Virus record (IMG/VR): IMGVR_UViG_3300038393_000379
Coordinates: 1 to 27,962 of that record
From: a virus
Taxonomy: Duplodnaviria; Caudoviricetes
Reading direction: 5' to 3' (one strand)
Length of the DNA stretch: 27,962 nucleotides
This document shows positions 6,369 to 15,850 of this stretch, one piece after another. The stretch's first letter is position 1; each line of letters begins with the position of its first letter. A program made the translations under genes and the position numbers. The notes below the pieces were generated by a model that saw only the letters and a list, made by a program, of their open reading frames with translations, was not told the origin of the DNA and searched no databases.

Positions 6369-6890
6369 ATGAGCGGACTGCTCGCGCTGCCGATGACGCC
6401 TGCGCAGTGTTTCGACGACATCATCGTGCCGACCTTCCAGGAGCTGCTGCCGGGCCGGTATTGGTCACGGCCGGCGCTGTGGATGCTGTTGTCGATCGCG
6501 ATGCAGGAGTCCGATCTCGAAGCGCGGCGCCAGAAGGGTGGCCCTGCGATGGGCCTGTGGCAATGCGAGCAGGGCGGCGCGGTGCGCGAGGTGCTGACAA
6601 ATGAGGCGACCCGGCTGGAAGCGCGCTTGCTGTGCGCCCGCCGCGGTGTCGAGCCGACCGAGAAGTTCGTCTATCTGGCACTGGCGAGCGACGACCTGTT
6701 CGCCTGCGGCATTGCCCGCCTGCGCCTCTACGCCGACCCCGCGCCTCTGCCGCGCTTGGGTGACACCGCCGGAGCTGCTGCGTACTACCACCGCACATGG
6801 CGTCCCGGCGCATGGGTCCGCGACCCGGAGGGCTGCGAGGCTCGGTTCCGCCGGAACGCCATTTCGGCGCAGAAGGTCGTCGCGCCGTGA
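6369..6890 (+). CDS. Endolysin, lysozyme-like fold (173 aa)
   Basis: LLSIAMQES...RRQKGGPAMGLWQCE (catalytic ES plus G-x-x-Q motif); GAGGT RBS; first gene of the lysis cassette. Confidence 0.8.
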   Translation: MSGLLALPMTPAQCFDDIIVPTFQELLPGRYWSRPALWMLLSIAMQESDLEARRQKGGPAMGLWQCEQGGAVREVLTNEATRLEARLLCARRGVEPTEKFVYLALASDDLFACGIARLRLYADPAPLPRLGDTAGAAAYYHRTWRPGAWVRDPEGCEARFRRNAISAQKVVAP

Positions 6891-7126
6891 GCCCGGCCGC
6901 GGCCCGCCCGGAAGCGCGGAACTGGCAATCGGTCCGCACTATCCTCGAAGCCGCCATTCTCGCGGCGCTGGTGTGGGCGGCCAACGCGCTGACCGACACG
7001 CAGAAGCAGATCGCGGTGCTGCAAGTGAACATCGCCAACCTGCAGACGCAGCTGGCTGGCGTGCCGCAGTTGGAGCAGCGGGTCACCCGCCTCGAAACCC
7101 TGGCCGAACGGAGCAAGGGCCCATGA
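6887..7126 (+). CDS. Single-TM coiled-coil protein (holin/antiholin-like)
   Basis: Hydrophobic ILEAAILAALVWAA followed by a coiled coil ending RVTRLE; GTGA-coupled within the lysis cassette. Confidence 0.65.
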   Translation: MSPAAARPEARNWQSVRTILEAAILAALVWAANALTDTQKQIAVLQVNIANLQTQLAGVPQLEQRVTRLETLAERSKGP

Positions 7127-7332
7127 AGCTCGTCACCGACTGGCGCCAGTGCTGGCGCTGGCTGTCCGTGCATGCGATGGCGGGAGCGATTGCCGTGCAG
7201 GCTGCCTGGCAGGTGCTCGACGCCGACCTGCGCGCATCGCTGCCGGCCGACTGGGTGCGCGCGCTGACCGTGGCGCTCCTGGTGCTCGGGATCCTCGGCC
7301 GCGTGATCGACCAGGACAAGCCGAAGGCGTGA
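7123..7332 (+). CDS. Putative holin (69 aa, 2 TM)
   Basis: MKLVTDWRQCWRWLSVH..., two hydrophobic segments and a charged C-terminus GRVIDQDKPKA. Confidence 0.75.
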   Translation: MKLVTDWRQCWRWLSVHAMAGAIAVQAAWQVLDADLRASLPADWVRALTVALLVLGILGRVIDQDKPKA

Positions 7333-7946
7333 TGTTCTGGCACCTCGCCACGAACTGGATCGCCGGCCACTGGCTGCTCGGTGCAGGCGCGGCAGTGGCG
7401 GTGCTCGCCTGTACGCCGGCCGGGTGGGCATTCCTCAAGCTCGCGCTCGGGACGCAGCTCGGACGCATGGCGCTGCTGGCCGCGCTCGCGCTCGGCATGG
7501 GCAGCTGGTACGGCGCCGCCCGCTACGCCGCGGGCGTACGCGACACCCAAGCGGTGGCCGACGCGGCCACCCAGAAAGTCAGCGAGGCGGCGCGGGAAGC
7601 CGAAGCCGCTCGCGCTGGCGTATTCCATTCCAACGAGGTCGCCTATGAACGCGGACGCGAGGAAGCGCGCGCAGCTGTGGCTGGTGTGCTTGATGCTGTG
7701 GCCCGTGGCGATTACGTCCTGCGGGACCGCTTCCGCTGTCCGGTCATCCACCCCGCCGCTCCCGCCGATTCCGGCCGCGCTAACGACGCCAGCGCCAGCG
7801 CCTGGGGCCTTCAAGGCGCGGATGTGCAGTTTCTTGTTCGCTTCGCCGACGACGCTGATGCCGTGTCCGACCAGCTTCGGCTCTGCCAGTCCAGCCTCGC
7901 CGCCGATCGTGCCGCCATTCCTGCCCGGGCAACGGTGACGCCATGA
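7332..7946 (+). CDS. Rz: i-spanin (Rz-like)
   Basis: N-terminal hydrophobic anchor, Ala-rich coiled coil, LRDRFRCP...QLRLCQ; contains a nested lipoprotein gene. Confidence 0.8.
   Translation: MFWHLATNWIAGHWLLGAGAAVAVLACTPAGWAFLKLALGTQLGRMALLAALALGMGSWYGAARYAAGVRDTQAVADAATQKVSEAAREAEAARAGVFHSNEVAYERGREEARAAVAGVLDAVARGDYVLRDRFRCPVIHPAAPADSGRANDASASAWGLQGADVQFLVRFADDADAVSDQLRLCQSSLAADRAAIPARATVTP
7645..7938 (+). CDS. Rz1: o-spanin lipoprotein (Rz1-like), nested in the +1 frame of Rz
   Basis: GAGGT RBS; signal peptide MNADARKRAQLWLVCLMLWPVAITS-C with lipobox; Pro-rich mature region. Confidence 0.8.
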   Translation: MNADARKRAQLWLVCLMLWPVAITSCGTASAVRSSTPPLPPIPAALTTPAPAPGAFKARMCSFLFASPTTLMPCPTSFGSASPASPPIVPPFLPGQR

Positions 7947-8134
7947 GCTGGTGGACCTGGTTGTGGGTGTTCATCGGTTCCTGCCTCGCCGGCGCCGTCA
8001 CGGCGCTGCTCAAGGCCTTTGGCGTGGTCGCCTGGCCATGGTGGGCGGCGCTGCTGCCGTTCGTGCCCGCTGCGGTGATGGTCGTCCTGTTCCTGGTGGC
8101 AATCGACCGCCTATTTCAGGAGGGGTTTCACTGA
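7943..8134 (+). CDS. Small 2-TM membrane protein
   Basis: Very hydrophobic 63 aa with LKAFGVVAWPWW motif; ATGA-coupled. Confidence 0.7.
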   Translation: MSWWTWLWVFIGSCLAGAVTALLKAFGVVAWPWWAALLPFVPAAVMVVLFLVAIDRLFQEGFH

Positions 8135-8263
8135 TGCGTGCCGACCGTTCCGCCGATCTCGACCTCGCCTCGAAGCCGGCCGAGCCGCCTGTGATGGCGC
8201 AGCCAGTGACGGAGCGCCTGCCCGAGCCGCCCGTTGAAGTTCGCTGGACCCGGAGCGAGGACC

Positions 8264-8857
8264 GTGGCAACCCGTAAGCCCGCCAGGAAGAAGGCGAAGG
8301 CCAAGACGGCGGCCAAGCCCAAGGCAGAGAAGAACAAGGGTGGCCGCCCGACGAAGTATTCGAAGGAGCGGCTCGACGCCATTTGTGCCCGCCTGCGTAA
8401 AGGTGAGCCGCTCGTCCAGATTTGCGCCGACCCTGCGATCGGAGTCGATGACGACACCGTGCGGGATTGGGAGAAGCGGCAGGACGTGGGCGCCGAAGTT
8501 TCCCGGGCCCTCGCGCGCGCACGCGAGGCGGGTGAGGAGTGGCTCGCGGCCGAGTGCCTGACGATCGCCGACACCCCGATGCCCGGGCGGACCGAAAAGC
8601 AGGAGCTGCTCGGCGTGCTCGAGCGGGAAGGTGAGGGCGGGGCCACCGAAAAGGTGGTGCTGCCGACCGCTGAACTCGTGACGACCGAAGTCCGGGTCGA
8701 GGACATGCTCGGCCACCGGAAGCTGCAGATCGAGACGCGCCTCAAGCTGCTGGCGGTGTGGAACCCGCGGAAGTGGGGCAACAAGGTCGACCACAACCAC
8801 ACGGGGCACCTGACGCTCGAGCAGCTGGTCGCGGGGTCGCATGACGGCGGGAAGTGA
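8264..8857 (+). CDS. terS: Terminase small subunit (Sf6-like)
   Basis: GAGGA RBS plus GTG 8264; GRPTKYS...ICARL..GEPL..IC...ARAREAG...IAD...KLQIETRLKLLAVWNPRKWG. Confidence 0.85.
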   Translation: MATRKPARKKAKAKTAAKPKAEKNKGGRPTKYSKERLDAICARLRKGEPLVQICADPAIGVDDDTVRDWEKRQDVGAEVSRALARAREAGEEWLAAECLTIADTPMPGRTEKQELLGVLEREGEGGATEKVVLPTAELVTTEVRVEDMLGHRKLQIETRLKLLAVWNPRKWGNKVDHNHTGHLTLEQLVAGSHDGGK

Positions 8858-10304
8858 TCGCATCCGGGCCTGGCGCGCGGATCCGGTGCTGTTCGTGCGC
8901 GATGTGTTCGGGGTGGCGCCGGACGATTGGCAGCTGGACGCGCTGACCAAAGCGGGCGGCCCGCCGAACCCGGCACGCAAGCTGTGCATGAAGGCCTGCA
9001 CCGGACCCGGCAAGTCGGCCGTGCTGGCGTGGCTGGGATGGCATCGCCTGCTGTGCTTCGCCGCGAAGGGCGAGCATCCCAAGGGTGCGGCGCTGTCGGT
9101 CTCGGCTGACAACCTGAAAGACAACCTGTGGGCGGAGCTGGCGAAGTGGCAGGGTCGATCGGACCTGCTGATGGCGGCGTTCAAGTGGACGAAGGAAACC
9201 ATCTACGCGGTCGACCACGCCGAGACCTGGTTCCTGTCGAAGCGCTCGTATGCCAAGGACGCCGACGCGGAGGCGATCGGTCGCGCGCTGTCGGGCCTGC
9301 ATAGCCAGTTCCCGTTCGTGCTGCTCGACGAGACGGGCGAAATGCCGGTCGCGGTCGGCCGCGCAGCGCAGCAGATTTTCACCGGCAACCCGACCGACGC
9401 GCTCATCGCCCAGGCAGGCAACCCGACCAGCACGAATGGCCTGCTCTACGAGTCGGCCGGGCGCGGCGGCTGGGATGTGGTCACGATCACCGCCGATCCG
9501 CTCGACCCGAAGCGCACGCCGCGCGTCAGTGTCGAGCACGCGCAGGCGATGATCGACGAGTACGGGCGAGACAACCCGTGGGTCATGGCCACGATCCTCG
9601 GCCTGTTCCCGCCGACCGGCTTCAATGCGTTGATCGGCCTCGAGCAGATCGAAGCGGCGATGCGGCGGCACTACACGCCGGAGCACTATCGGCATGCGGC
9701 GGTCATCCTCGGTGGTGACGTGGCGCGCCAGGGCGATGACAAAAGCGTGCTCGCTCGCCGTCAGGGCGTGGTGCTGTTTCCGCTCAAGTCCTACCGCATC
9801 CCTGACACCATGCTGGTCGCCGATGCGTTCGGGCAGGAGTTCAACGAGCACAGGGCCGATGCGCTGTTCGTCGACGAGACGGGCGGCTACGGCGCCGGCG
9901 TGGTCGACGCGCTGCGGATGCGGAACTTCCAGGTCACCGGCGTGCAATTCGCGGGCAAGCCAAGCGACCCGCGCTACTTCAACAAGCGCAGCGAGATGCT
10001 GTTCAAGCTGTGCGAGTGGATCAAGACGACGGGCGCGATTCCGCCCGATGCCATCGGTCTGCGCGAGGAGCTGCTCGCGCTCGAATACACCTTTCAGGGC
10101 GACAAGTTCGCGGTCATCCCGAAGGAAAAAATCAAGGACAAGATCGGCCGCTCGCCCGACGAAAGCGATGCGGCGGCTCTGACCTTCGCCTACGACGTCA
10201 TGCCGGGCCCGCGCGATGCGGCCGGCAATTCATTGGAGTCGATGGTCAACGACTCCTATCTCCCGCGCGGCGATGCCGCCGGCCCCTACAACCCCATGGG
10301 GTGA
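8841..10304 (+). CDS. terL: Terminase large subunit
   Basis: Walker A TGPGKS, Walker B VLLDE, coupling motif GNP, RNase H-like nuclease GGDVARQGDD...VDETGGYG...SPDESDA. Confidence 0.95.
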   Translation: MTAGSDRIRAWRADPVLFVRDVFGVAPDDWQLDALTKAGGPPNPARKLCMKACTGPGKSAVLAWLGWHRLLCFAAKGEHPKGAALSVSADNLKDNLWAELAKWQGRSDLLMAAFKWTKETIYAVDHAETWFLSKRSYAKDADAEAIGRALSGLHSQFPFVLLDETGEMPVAVGRAAQQIFTGNPTDALIAQAGNPTSTNGLLYESAGRGGWDVVTITADPLDPKRTPRVSVEHAQAMIDEYGRDNPWVMATILGLFPPTGFNALIGLEQIEAAMRRHYTPEHYRHAAVILGGDVARQGDDKSVLARRQGVVLFPLKSYRIPDTMLVADAFGQEFNEHRADALFVDETGGYGAGVVDALRMRNFQVTGVQFAGKPSDPRYFNKRSEMLFKLCEWIKTTGAIPPDAIGLREELLALEYTFQGDKFAVIPKEKIKDKIGRSPDESDAAALTFAYDVMPGPRDAAGNSLESMVNDSYLPRGDAAGPYNPMG

Positions 10305-10307
10305 GCC

Positions 10308-10508
10308 ATGTGCTTCTCGAAAGCGCCGAAGGTGAAGCCGATCGCCACGCCGCCGACTGCCTCGCCCGAGGTGATCGACGAAACGGCGGTCAAGGAAAAG
10401 GACCGCTTCCGCAACCGCGCCCGCGCTCAGTACGGGCGGCAGGCGACGATCCTCGCCGGCAACGACGCGCCGCCGACCGCGCCCGTGAAAACGGTGCTGG
10501 GTAGCTGA
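10308..10508 (+). CDS. Small virion-associated protein preceding the portal
   Basis: MC...PKV...PP...R..G...TIL...KTVLG pattern typical of this position in BPP-1/epsilon15-like podoviruses. Confidence 0.75.
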   Translation: MCFSKAPKVKPIATPPTASPEVIDETAVKEKDRFRNRARAQYGRQATILAGNDAPPTAPVKTVLGS

Positions 10509-10511
10509 CGC

Positions 10512-10613
10512 ATGGCTACCGTCAACACGCTGGTCGCGCAGGGCAAGGTGGGCACGTTGCGCGTGCGTCCGCTGACCCGTGCCATCCGCGCCGCGCTGGG
10601 AATCCGTCAATGA
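10512..10613 (+). CDS. 33-aa peptide coupled to the portal gene (below track cutoff)
   Basis: MATVNTLVAQGKVGTLRVRPLTRAIRAALGIRQ fills the gap exactly, and its TGA overlaps the portal ATG. Confidence 0.5.
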   Translation: MATVNTLVAQGKVGTLRVRPLTRAIRAALGIRQ

Positions 10614-12316
10614 CTCTCGAGCTGCGCAAGCACTGCCAGGCGCGCAAGACGGCCCTGCTTGCCGAGCGCGACCTCTACGTCGCCGACTGGAAGGCAGTGG
10701 CGGAATACGTCGACCCGTACGCCGGCCGGTTCTTGATGAATCAGCAGGGCGGCACGCGCAAGCTGCCGAGCCGCAGCAAGATCATCAATTCCGAGGCCAC
10801 ACGCTCGGTGCGGACGATGGACGCCGGTTTCATGGGCGGCCACACCTCGAAGTCGCGGCCGTGGTTCCTGCTCGGCGTCGGCGACCCGGTGCTCAAGGAG
10901 CGGCCGAACGTCAAAGCCTGGTGCGACGACATCACCCAGGCGATCCGCGACGTGCTCGCGCGGTCCAACTTCTACACGGCGCTGCCCGACTTCTACCATT
11001 CGCGCCACCTGTTCGGCGTGGGCGGGATGCTGTGCGACATCGACCCGAAGGACACGGTGCGGTTTTACAGCCGCGCGATCGGCACCTATGCCATCGGCCT
11101 TGACGCCCGCGGCATCGCCGACAGCTTCTGGTACTGCTTCGAGCGCACCGCGCGGCAGATCGAGCAGCAATATGCGGCGACGCTCGGCGGTAACGAGAAG
11201 CTGCCGCAGAAGGTGCAGGAGGCGCTGAGGAACAACCGCGGCGACCAGAAGTTCACCATCGAGTCGCTCATCGAGCCAAACCCGGACGCGAAGCCCGGCC
11301 GGCAGGCCTCGCCGTTCCGCCCGTTCCGGCAGGTCTACTGGATCGACGGCGACGCAAGCGATGTCTGCGGCTGCCTCAAGGTCGCCGGCCATTACGACAA
11401 TCCGGCGCTGGTCTCGCGCTGGGGCGCCACCGGCAACGACTGCTATGGCCCGAGCCCGGCGATCGACACGCTGGGCGACATCAAGCAGCTGCAGTACCTC
11501 GAGGGCGAGAAGCTTCGCCTCATCGACCTGCTCTCGAAGCCGCCACTGCAGCTGCCCGACTACCTGCGCAACAAGGGCGCCAGCCTCAACCCGGGCGAAC
11601 GTATCTACGTCACGCCGATGCAGACGCAGCAGGCCGTAACGCCGATCTACACGCCGGACGCGCGCGGCCTACAGCAGGTGCAGCAGGAGATTGAGACCGT
11701 CACCGCGCGCATTCGCTCGGCGTTCTTCGTCGACCTGTTTCGCATGCTCGACAGCCTCGAGGACCGGGAGCGTACGGCCTACGAGCTCAGCGAGCGGAAG
11801 GAGGAAAAGATCGCCATGCTCGGCCCGGCGCTGGAATCGCTGACCGACGAGGTGCTCGATCCGGTCATTTCCCGCGTCTACGGAATCATGGACCAGGCCG
11901 GGCTGCTGCCGCCGCCGCCGGAGGAATTGCAGAACGGCGTGCCGTTGAACGTCGAATACACGTCCATGCTCGCCCAGGCGCAGAAGGCCGCGGGGCTGGG
12001 CACGATCGAGCGCACCATCGGCTTCGTCGGTCAGATGGTGGCGCAGTTCCAGCGTCCCGACCTGGTCGACAAGCTCGACCTCGACCAAACCATCGACGAG
12101 TACGCCGAGCGCGCGGGCTCGCCGTCGCGGATCGTGCGTTCCGACGACGACGTCGCCGCGATCCGCGAGCAGCGTGCGCAGGGCCAGAAGATGCAGCAGC
12201 TGGCCGCGATGGCGAAGCCCATGGCCGATGGCGCCGCGGCGATGAAGACGCTGGGCGAGGCGGTGCCGCAGGACGGAAGTGCGATCCAAGGCCTGGCTGA
12301 GGCGATGGGTCAATGA
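10610..12316 (+). CDS. Portal / head-tail connector (T7-like family)
   Basis: 568 aa; SRPWF, SNFY, RW...YGPSP, FFVDLF, RTAYE...EEK...LGP, VEYTSMLAQAQK motifs. Confidence 0.95.
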   Translation: MTLELRKHCQARKTALLAERDLYVADWKAVAEYVDPYAGRFLMNQQGGTRKLPSRSKIINSEATRSVRTMDAGFMGGHTSKSRPWFLLGVGDPVLKERPNVKAWCDDITQAIRDVLARSNFYTALPDFYHSRHLFGVGGMLCDIDPKDTVRFYSRAIGTYAIGLDARGIADSFWYCFERTARQIEQQYAATLGGNEKLPQKVQEALRNNRGDQKFTIESLIEPNPDAKPGRQASPFRPFRQVYWIDGDASDVCGCLKVAGHYDNPALVSRWGATGNDCYGPSPAIDTLGDIKQLQYLEGEKLRLIDLLSKPPLQLPDYLRNKGASLNPGERIYVTPMQTQQAVTPIYTPDARGLQQVQQEIETVTARIRSAFFVDLFRMLDSLEDRERTAYELSERKEEKIAMLGPALESLTDEVLDPVISRVYGIMDQAGLLPPPPEELQNGVPLNVEYTSMLAQAQKAAGLGTIERTIGFVGQMVAQFQRPDLVDKLDLDQTIDEYAERAGSPSRIVRSDDDVAAIREQRAQGQKMQQLAAMAKPMADGAAAMKTLGEAVPQDGSAIQGLAEAMGQ

Positions 12317-12645
12317 TCGACGAGCAGCGCAATGAGGCGCGCCTGGCTGAGGAGCGTCGCAAGGTCAAGCTCCAGGTCGCGCAGTTCCGCAGTGACGTGC
12401 AGGCCGTGTTCGGCACGGTCGAAGGCCGGCGCGTGCTGTCCGCGTTCCTGCACAACGCCGGCGCCGATCAATCGACGCTGCGCCACGACAACCTGGCCAC
12501 GGGCCACGCGATCGGCTGGCAGGACGCCGCGCGCTGGTGGCTGACGGCCTTGCGCGCGCACTGCCCGGAACGGGAGGTGCAAATGCGCGCCGAAGCAAAA
12601 CGAGAAGCGGCGCAAGGCGCGCCGCAGGATCCCGACGATGAGTGA
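12313..12645 (+). CDS. Bbp19-like phage protein
   Basis: DVQAVFGTVEGRRVL motif; position between portal and scaffold. Confidence 0.75.
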   Translation: MIDEQRNEARLAEERRKVKLQVAQFRSDVQAVFGTVEGRRVLSAFLHNAGADQSTLRHDNLATGHAIGWQDAARWWLTALRAHCPEREVQMRAEAKREAAQGAPQDPDDE

Positions 12646-13276
12646 CACCACCACCGAACCCGCTGCGTCGACGACGACCACCACCACGGACGCCGTCGAC
12701 ACCAGCGCTAGCACCGCGACCACTGCGACCACGGACTCCACGGCGACCACCGCGTCGGCCGAGGGGGAAGGGAAGGGCGGCACGGAGACGACGACCGACA
12801 CCACGACCACCGAAGGCGCCCCCGAGGCGTATGCGGCGTTCAACGTGCCGGATGGCTACACCCTCGAAGGCGAGCGGCTGGAAAAGCTCCACGCGTTCGC
12901 GAAGGCGAACAAGTGGACGCAGGCCCAGGCGCAGGCGGCCGTCGACCACTACATCGAACTCGACCAGCAAGGCCACGTCGCCACTCGCGAGCAGCGCGTG
13001 GAACTGTGGACCGAGCAGTCGAAAACGGAGTACGGCGACAAGTTCGACGCCATCGCCGCAGACGCGCGTGCGGGCGTGACCTGGGCGCAGCAGCACCGGC
13101 CCAACATGCTCAAGACGTTCGACGACGAGGGGTGGGGCAGCAACCCCGATGCGCTGTGGGTCTTCGCCAAGCTCGGCGAGCTCACCCGCGGCGACAAGAT
13201 GGACGGCCTTGGCAACGCCACATCAAACGGTGCCGGCGGACGTTCGATCGAGGACCGCCTCTGGCCTAAGAAGTAG
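12638..13276 (+). CDS. Capsid scaffolding/assembly protein
   Basis: Low-complexity N-terminus, APEAY.F..PDG, TQAQAQ, G.GSNP....F..LG; directly upstream of the capsid gene. Confidence 0.8.
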   Translation: MSDTTTEPAASTTTTTTDAVDTSASTATTATTDSTATTASAEGEGKGGTETTTDTTTTEGAPEAYAAFNVPDGYTLEGERLEKLHAFAKANKWTQAQAQAAVDHYIELDQQGHVATREQRVELWTEQSKTEYGDKFDAIAADARAGVTWAQQHRPNMLKTFDDEGWGSNPDALWVFAKLGELTRGDKMDGLGNATSNGAGGRSIEDRLWPKK

Positions 13277-13297
13277 CACCCCAACCCTGACCACCCC

Positions 13298-13323
13298 GGC
13301 CGCCAGCAGGCGGCTTTTTTATT
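13298..13323 (+). terminator. Terminator-like hairpin just before the capsid RBS
   Basis: GGCCGCC-AGCA-GGCGGCT followed by TTTTTATT. Confidence 0.7.
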
Positions 13324-13335
13324 GGGAGTTCCACC

Positions 13336-14382
13336 ATGGCAACCATGCCTGTGAAGTCCGGCGCCGTGACGCTGCTGGACATCGCCAAGTCGCTCGATCC
13401 GGACGGTTCCGTCTCGGCGGTCGCTGAACTGCTCTCGCAGCAGAACGACATCCTCGACCGCATCCACTGGAAGGAAGGCAACCTCGAAACGGGCCAGCAG
13501 GGCTCGATTCGCACCGGCCTGCCGGCCGCGACCTGGCGCAAGCTGTACGGCGGCGTCGCGCCGAGCAAGTCGGCCCGCGCAACCGTGACCGACACCTGCG
13601 GCATCCTCGAGGCGCGTTCCGAGATCGACAAGGACGTGGCCGACATCAACGGCAACTCTGCCGCGTTCCGCCTGTCGGAGGGCAGTTCCTTCGTCGAGGC
13701 GATGAACCAGACCTTCGGCGACTCGCTCATCTACGGTGACGTGTCGCAGAACCCTGAGCGCTTCAATGGCCTGGCGGTGCGTTACAACACCATCAACACC
13801 AGCACGTCGGAAGTCGCCAAGAACGTCATCAACGGCGGCGGCTCGGGCAACTGCACGTCGATCTGGCTGGTCGTGTCGGGCCCGGAGACGGTGTTCGGCA
13901 TCTACCCGAAAGCCTCCAAGGCGGGTCTGACCCACCAGGACCTCGGCGAGTTCGACGCGTTCGACGCCAACAACAACCGCTATCGCGCCGTCGGCGACCT
14001 GTGGAAGTGGAAGTGCGGCCTGCACGTCAAGGACTGGCGCTATGTCGTCCGCATCGCGAACGTCTCGATGACGGACCTCATCGGCCAGTCGGGCACCCAG
14101 GCCAACACCGCGGCCACCTGGCTGCCGAAGCTCATGGTGAAGGCGCTGGCGCGCATTCCGTCCATGAACATGGGCGCGGCGGCGTTCTACTGCAGCCGCA
14201 CGGTCAAGGAAATGCTGGCCGTCGGCGCGCTCGACAAGTCGCAGAACGCGCTGTCGATCCAGGAAGCCGTCAAGCAGTACGGCGACGTCAGCACCGCCTT
14301 CACGACCCAGGAACTGCGCTTCCTCGGCGTGCCGGTGTGCACCGTCGACCGCATCCTCGAAACCGAATCCGTGCTGACGTAA
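13336..14382 (+). CDS. Major capsid protein (BPP-1 Bbp17 / epsilon15 gp7 type)
   Basis: 348 aa; ELLSQQNDIL, RTGLP..TWRKLYGGV..SKS, YGD...PERFNGL..RY, TSIWLV, DWRYVVRIAN. Confidence 0.95.
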   Translation: MATMPVKSGAVTLLDIAKSLDPDGSVSAVAELLSQQNDILDRIHWKEGNLETGQQGSIRTGLPAATWRKLYGGVAPSKSARATVTDTCGILEARSEIDKDVADINGNSAAFRLSEGSSFVEAMNQTFGDSLIYGDVSQNPERFNGLAVRYNTINTSTSEVAKNVINGGGSGNCTSIWLVVSGPETVFGIYPKASKAGLTHQDLGEFDAFDANNNRYRAVGDLWKWKCGLHVKDWRYVVRIANVSMTDLIGQSGTQANTAATWLPKLMVKALARIPSMNMGAAAFYCSRTVKEMLAVGALDKSQNALSIQEAVKQYGDVSTAFTTQELRFLGVPVCTVDRILETESVLT

Positions 14383-14394
14383 GGACTCACGACC

Positions 14395-14874
14395 ATGGCA
14401 TTTCTCGATAGCAACCTCGAGTTCTCGGACGCCCAGGCCGTCACCGCCGCGGCGATCTCGACCAACGTGTTCGACACCGCCGCCCTGCGCGCCGGTGGCG
14501 GCACGGACGTGGCGGCCAACATCCGCCAGGACCTCGGCAACGGCGAGGACGACCTCTGGCTGTGCGTCACGGTCAACACCGCCTTCTCGGGCGGCGCGGC
14601 CACCGGCATGACGGTGACGTTCGAGACGGCGGACGACGCCGGCCTCACCACGAACGCCACCGTGCTGCTGACCTCGGGCGCGATCCTCTCCGCCGGTCTC
14701 ACCGCGGGCACCACGCTGATCCAGGCGCGGATCCCGTCGGCGCTGTACCGCCGCTACATCGGCGTGCGCTACACGCCGGCTGGCGGCAGCTACGGCGCGG
14801 GCGCGGTCGACGCCTACCTCACCATGGCCCCGCAGGCGAACCGGATCTACAAGTCCGGCTTCACTGTCCAGTAA
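14395..14874 (+). CDS. Capsid cement protein (Bbp16-like)
   Basis: LD..LEFSDAQAVTA.AISTNV.D...RRYIGVRY...GAVDAYL; follows the capsid gene. Confidence 0.85.
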   Translation: MAFLDSNLEFSDAQAVTAAAISTNVFDTAALRAGGGTDVAANIRQDLGNGEDDLWLCVTVNTAFSGGAATGMTVTFETADDAGLTTNATVLLTSGAILSAGLTAGTTLIQARIPSALYRRYIGVRYTPAGGSYGAGAVDAYLTMAPQANRIYKSGFTVQ

Positions 14875-14885
14875 GGACCTGACCG

Positions 14886-15131
14886 ATGAGCAAGGAAACG
14901 AAGGAACCCGCGGCTGAGGCCGCGGCAGACGTCGAGGTGATCGCGACCGAACGCGGCCACTGCGGCACCCGCGTGCGCGAGGAAGGTGAGGTGTTCACCG
15001 TCCCCGCCAAGCGCCTCGAAGACGGCTCGACGTGGTTCGTCCCGTTGGCGAAGGCGCCCGCGGCGAAGGAAGCCACGGCGAAGGATCCGAAGGCCCGCCC
15101 GCCGGGCGCCGGTCCGCTGCCGTCCGCCTGA
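14886..15131 (+). CDS. Small virion-associated protein
   Basis: VIATERG...R.EGEVF.V...W pattern; AAGGA RBS. Confidence 0.7.
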   Translation: MSKETKEPAAEAAADVEVIATERGHCGTRVREEGEVFTVPAKRLEDGSTWFVPLAKAPAAKEATAKDPKARPPGAGPLPSA

Positions 15132-15153
15132 CCGTCCGCAGTACCAACGCAGC

Positions 15154-15186
15154 AAAGACGGGGCCGGCAACGGCCCCGTCTCTTTT
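15154..15186 (+). terminator. Intrinsic terminator after the head genes
   Basis: AGACGGGGCCG-GCAA-CGGCCCCGTCT followed by CTTTT. Confidence 0.8.
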
Positions 15187-15196
15187 GGAGTGACCA

Positions 15197-15850
15197 ATGG
15201 CCGCCTCGCAGGTCGATCTCTGTAATGCCGCGCTGACCAAGCTCGCGCAGGACATCCCCATTGCGGCGATGTCAGAATCGAGCAAGGCCGCGCGCGTGTT
15301 CACGCGCTGCTACGACCGCGTGCTCGACCTGGTGCTCTCTCGGCATGCGTGGCCGTTCGCGCTCAAGGCGCAGGCGCTCGCAGCGAGCCCTGATGCCGCG
15401 TTCCCCGGCTGGGCCTACCGCTACGAGGTGCCGAGCGATTGCCTCAACGCGCTGGCCGTGTGTGACGCCAACGGCGTGCGCGCGAGCCTCAAGGCCGTTG
15501 CAGGGTGCGACACGCCATTGCCACTGACCGACGGCCGCGTCGACTTCGACACGGTGTGGGGCTCGCAGGCCTCGAACATCGTCACCGACCTGGCCGGCGC
15601 GTACCTCATCTATACCGTGCGGGTGACCGAAACCGGCCGCTTCCCGCCGCTGTTCGGCGAAGCGCTGGCTTGCCGCCTCGCGATGGAAGCCGGCCCCGCG
15701 CTGGCCGGCGAGCTCGGCGTGCGCCTGGCGCAGAAGCTGCAGCAGGACTACGAAGTCGCGCGCGCCGAGGCCATCGCGCAGGCGCTCAACGAAGGCCGGG
15801 ACACGCTGCAGGCGGCGACGCCGAGCGTGCAGGCGCGCGGGGGCTACTGA
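15197..15850 (+). CDS. Head-tail adaptor (tail tubular protein A-like)
   Basis: SQVDLCNAAL..L, HAWPFA, Y.Y..PSDCL, FPPLF.EALA.RLA. Confidence 0.85.
   Translation: MAASQVDLCNAALTKLAQDIPIAAMSESSKAARVFTRCYDRVLDLVLSRHAWPFALKAQALAASPDAAFPGWAYRYEVPSDCLNALAVCDANGVRASLKAVAGCDTPLPLTDGRVDFDTVWGSQASNIVTDLAGAYLIYTVRVTETGRFPPLFGEALACRLAMEAGPALAGELGVRLAQKLQQDYEVARAEAIAQALNEGRDTLQAATPSVQARGGY

Noticed and set aside
5975-6604. 209-aa ORF and the N-terminal extension of the endolysin from 6099
   Set aside because: They run through terminators and hairpins and have no protein-like composition; the endolysin RBS points to ATG 6369.
8134-8277. 47-aa ORF between the membrane protein gene and terS
   Set aside because: It has a TGATG overlap and a possible RBS, but is Pro-rich with no motif; it may be real but is not supportable.
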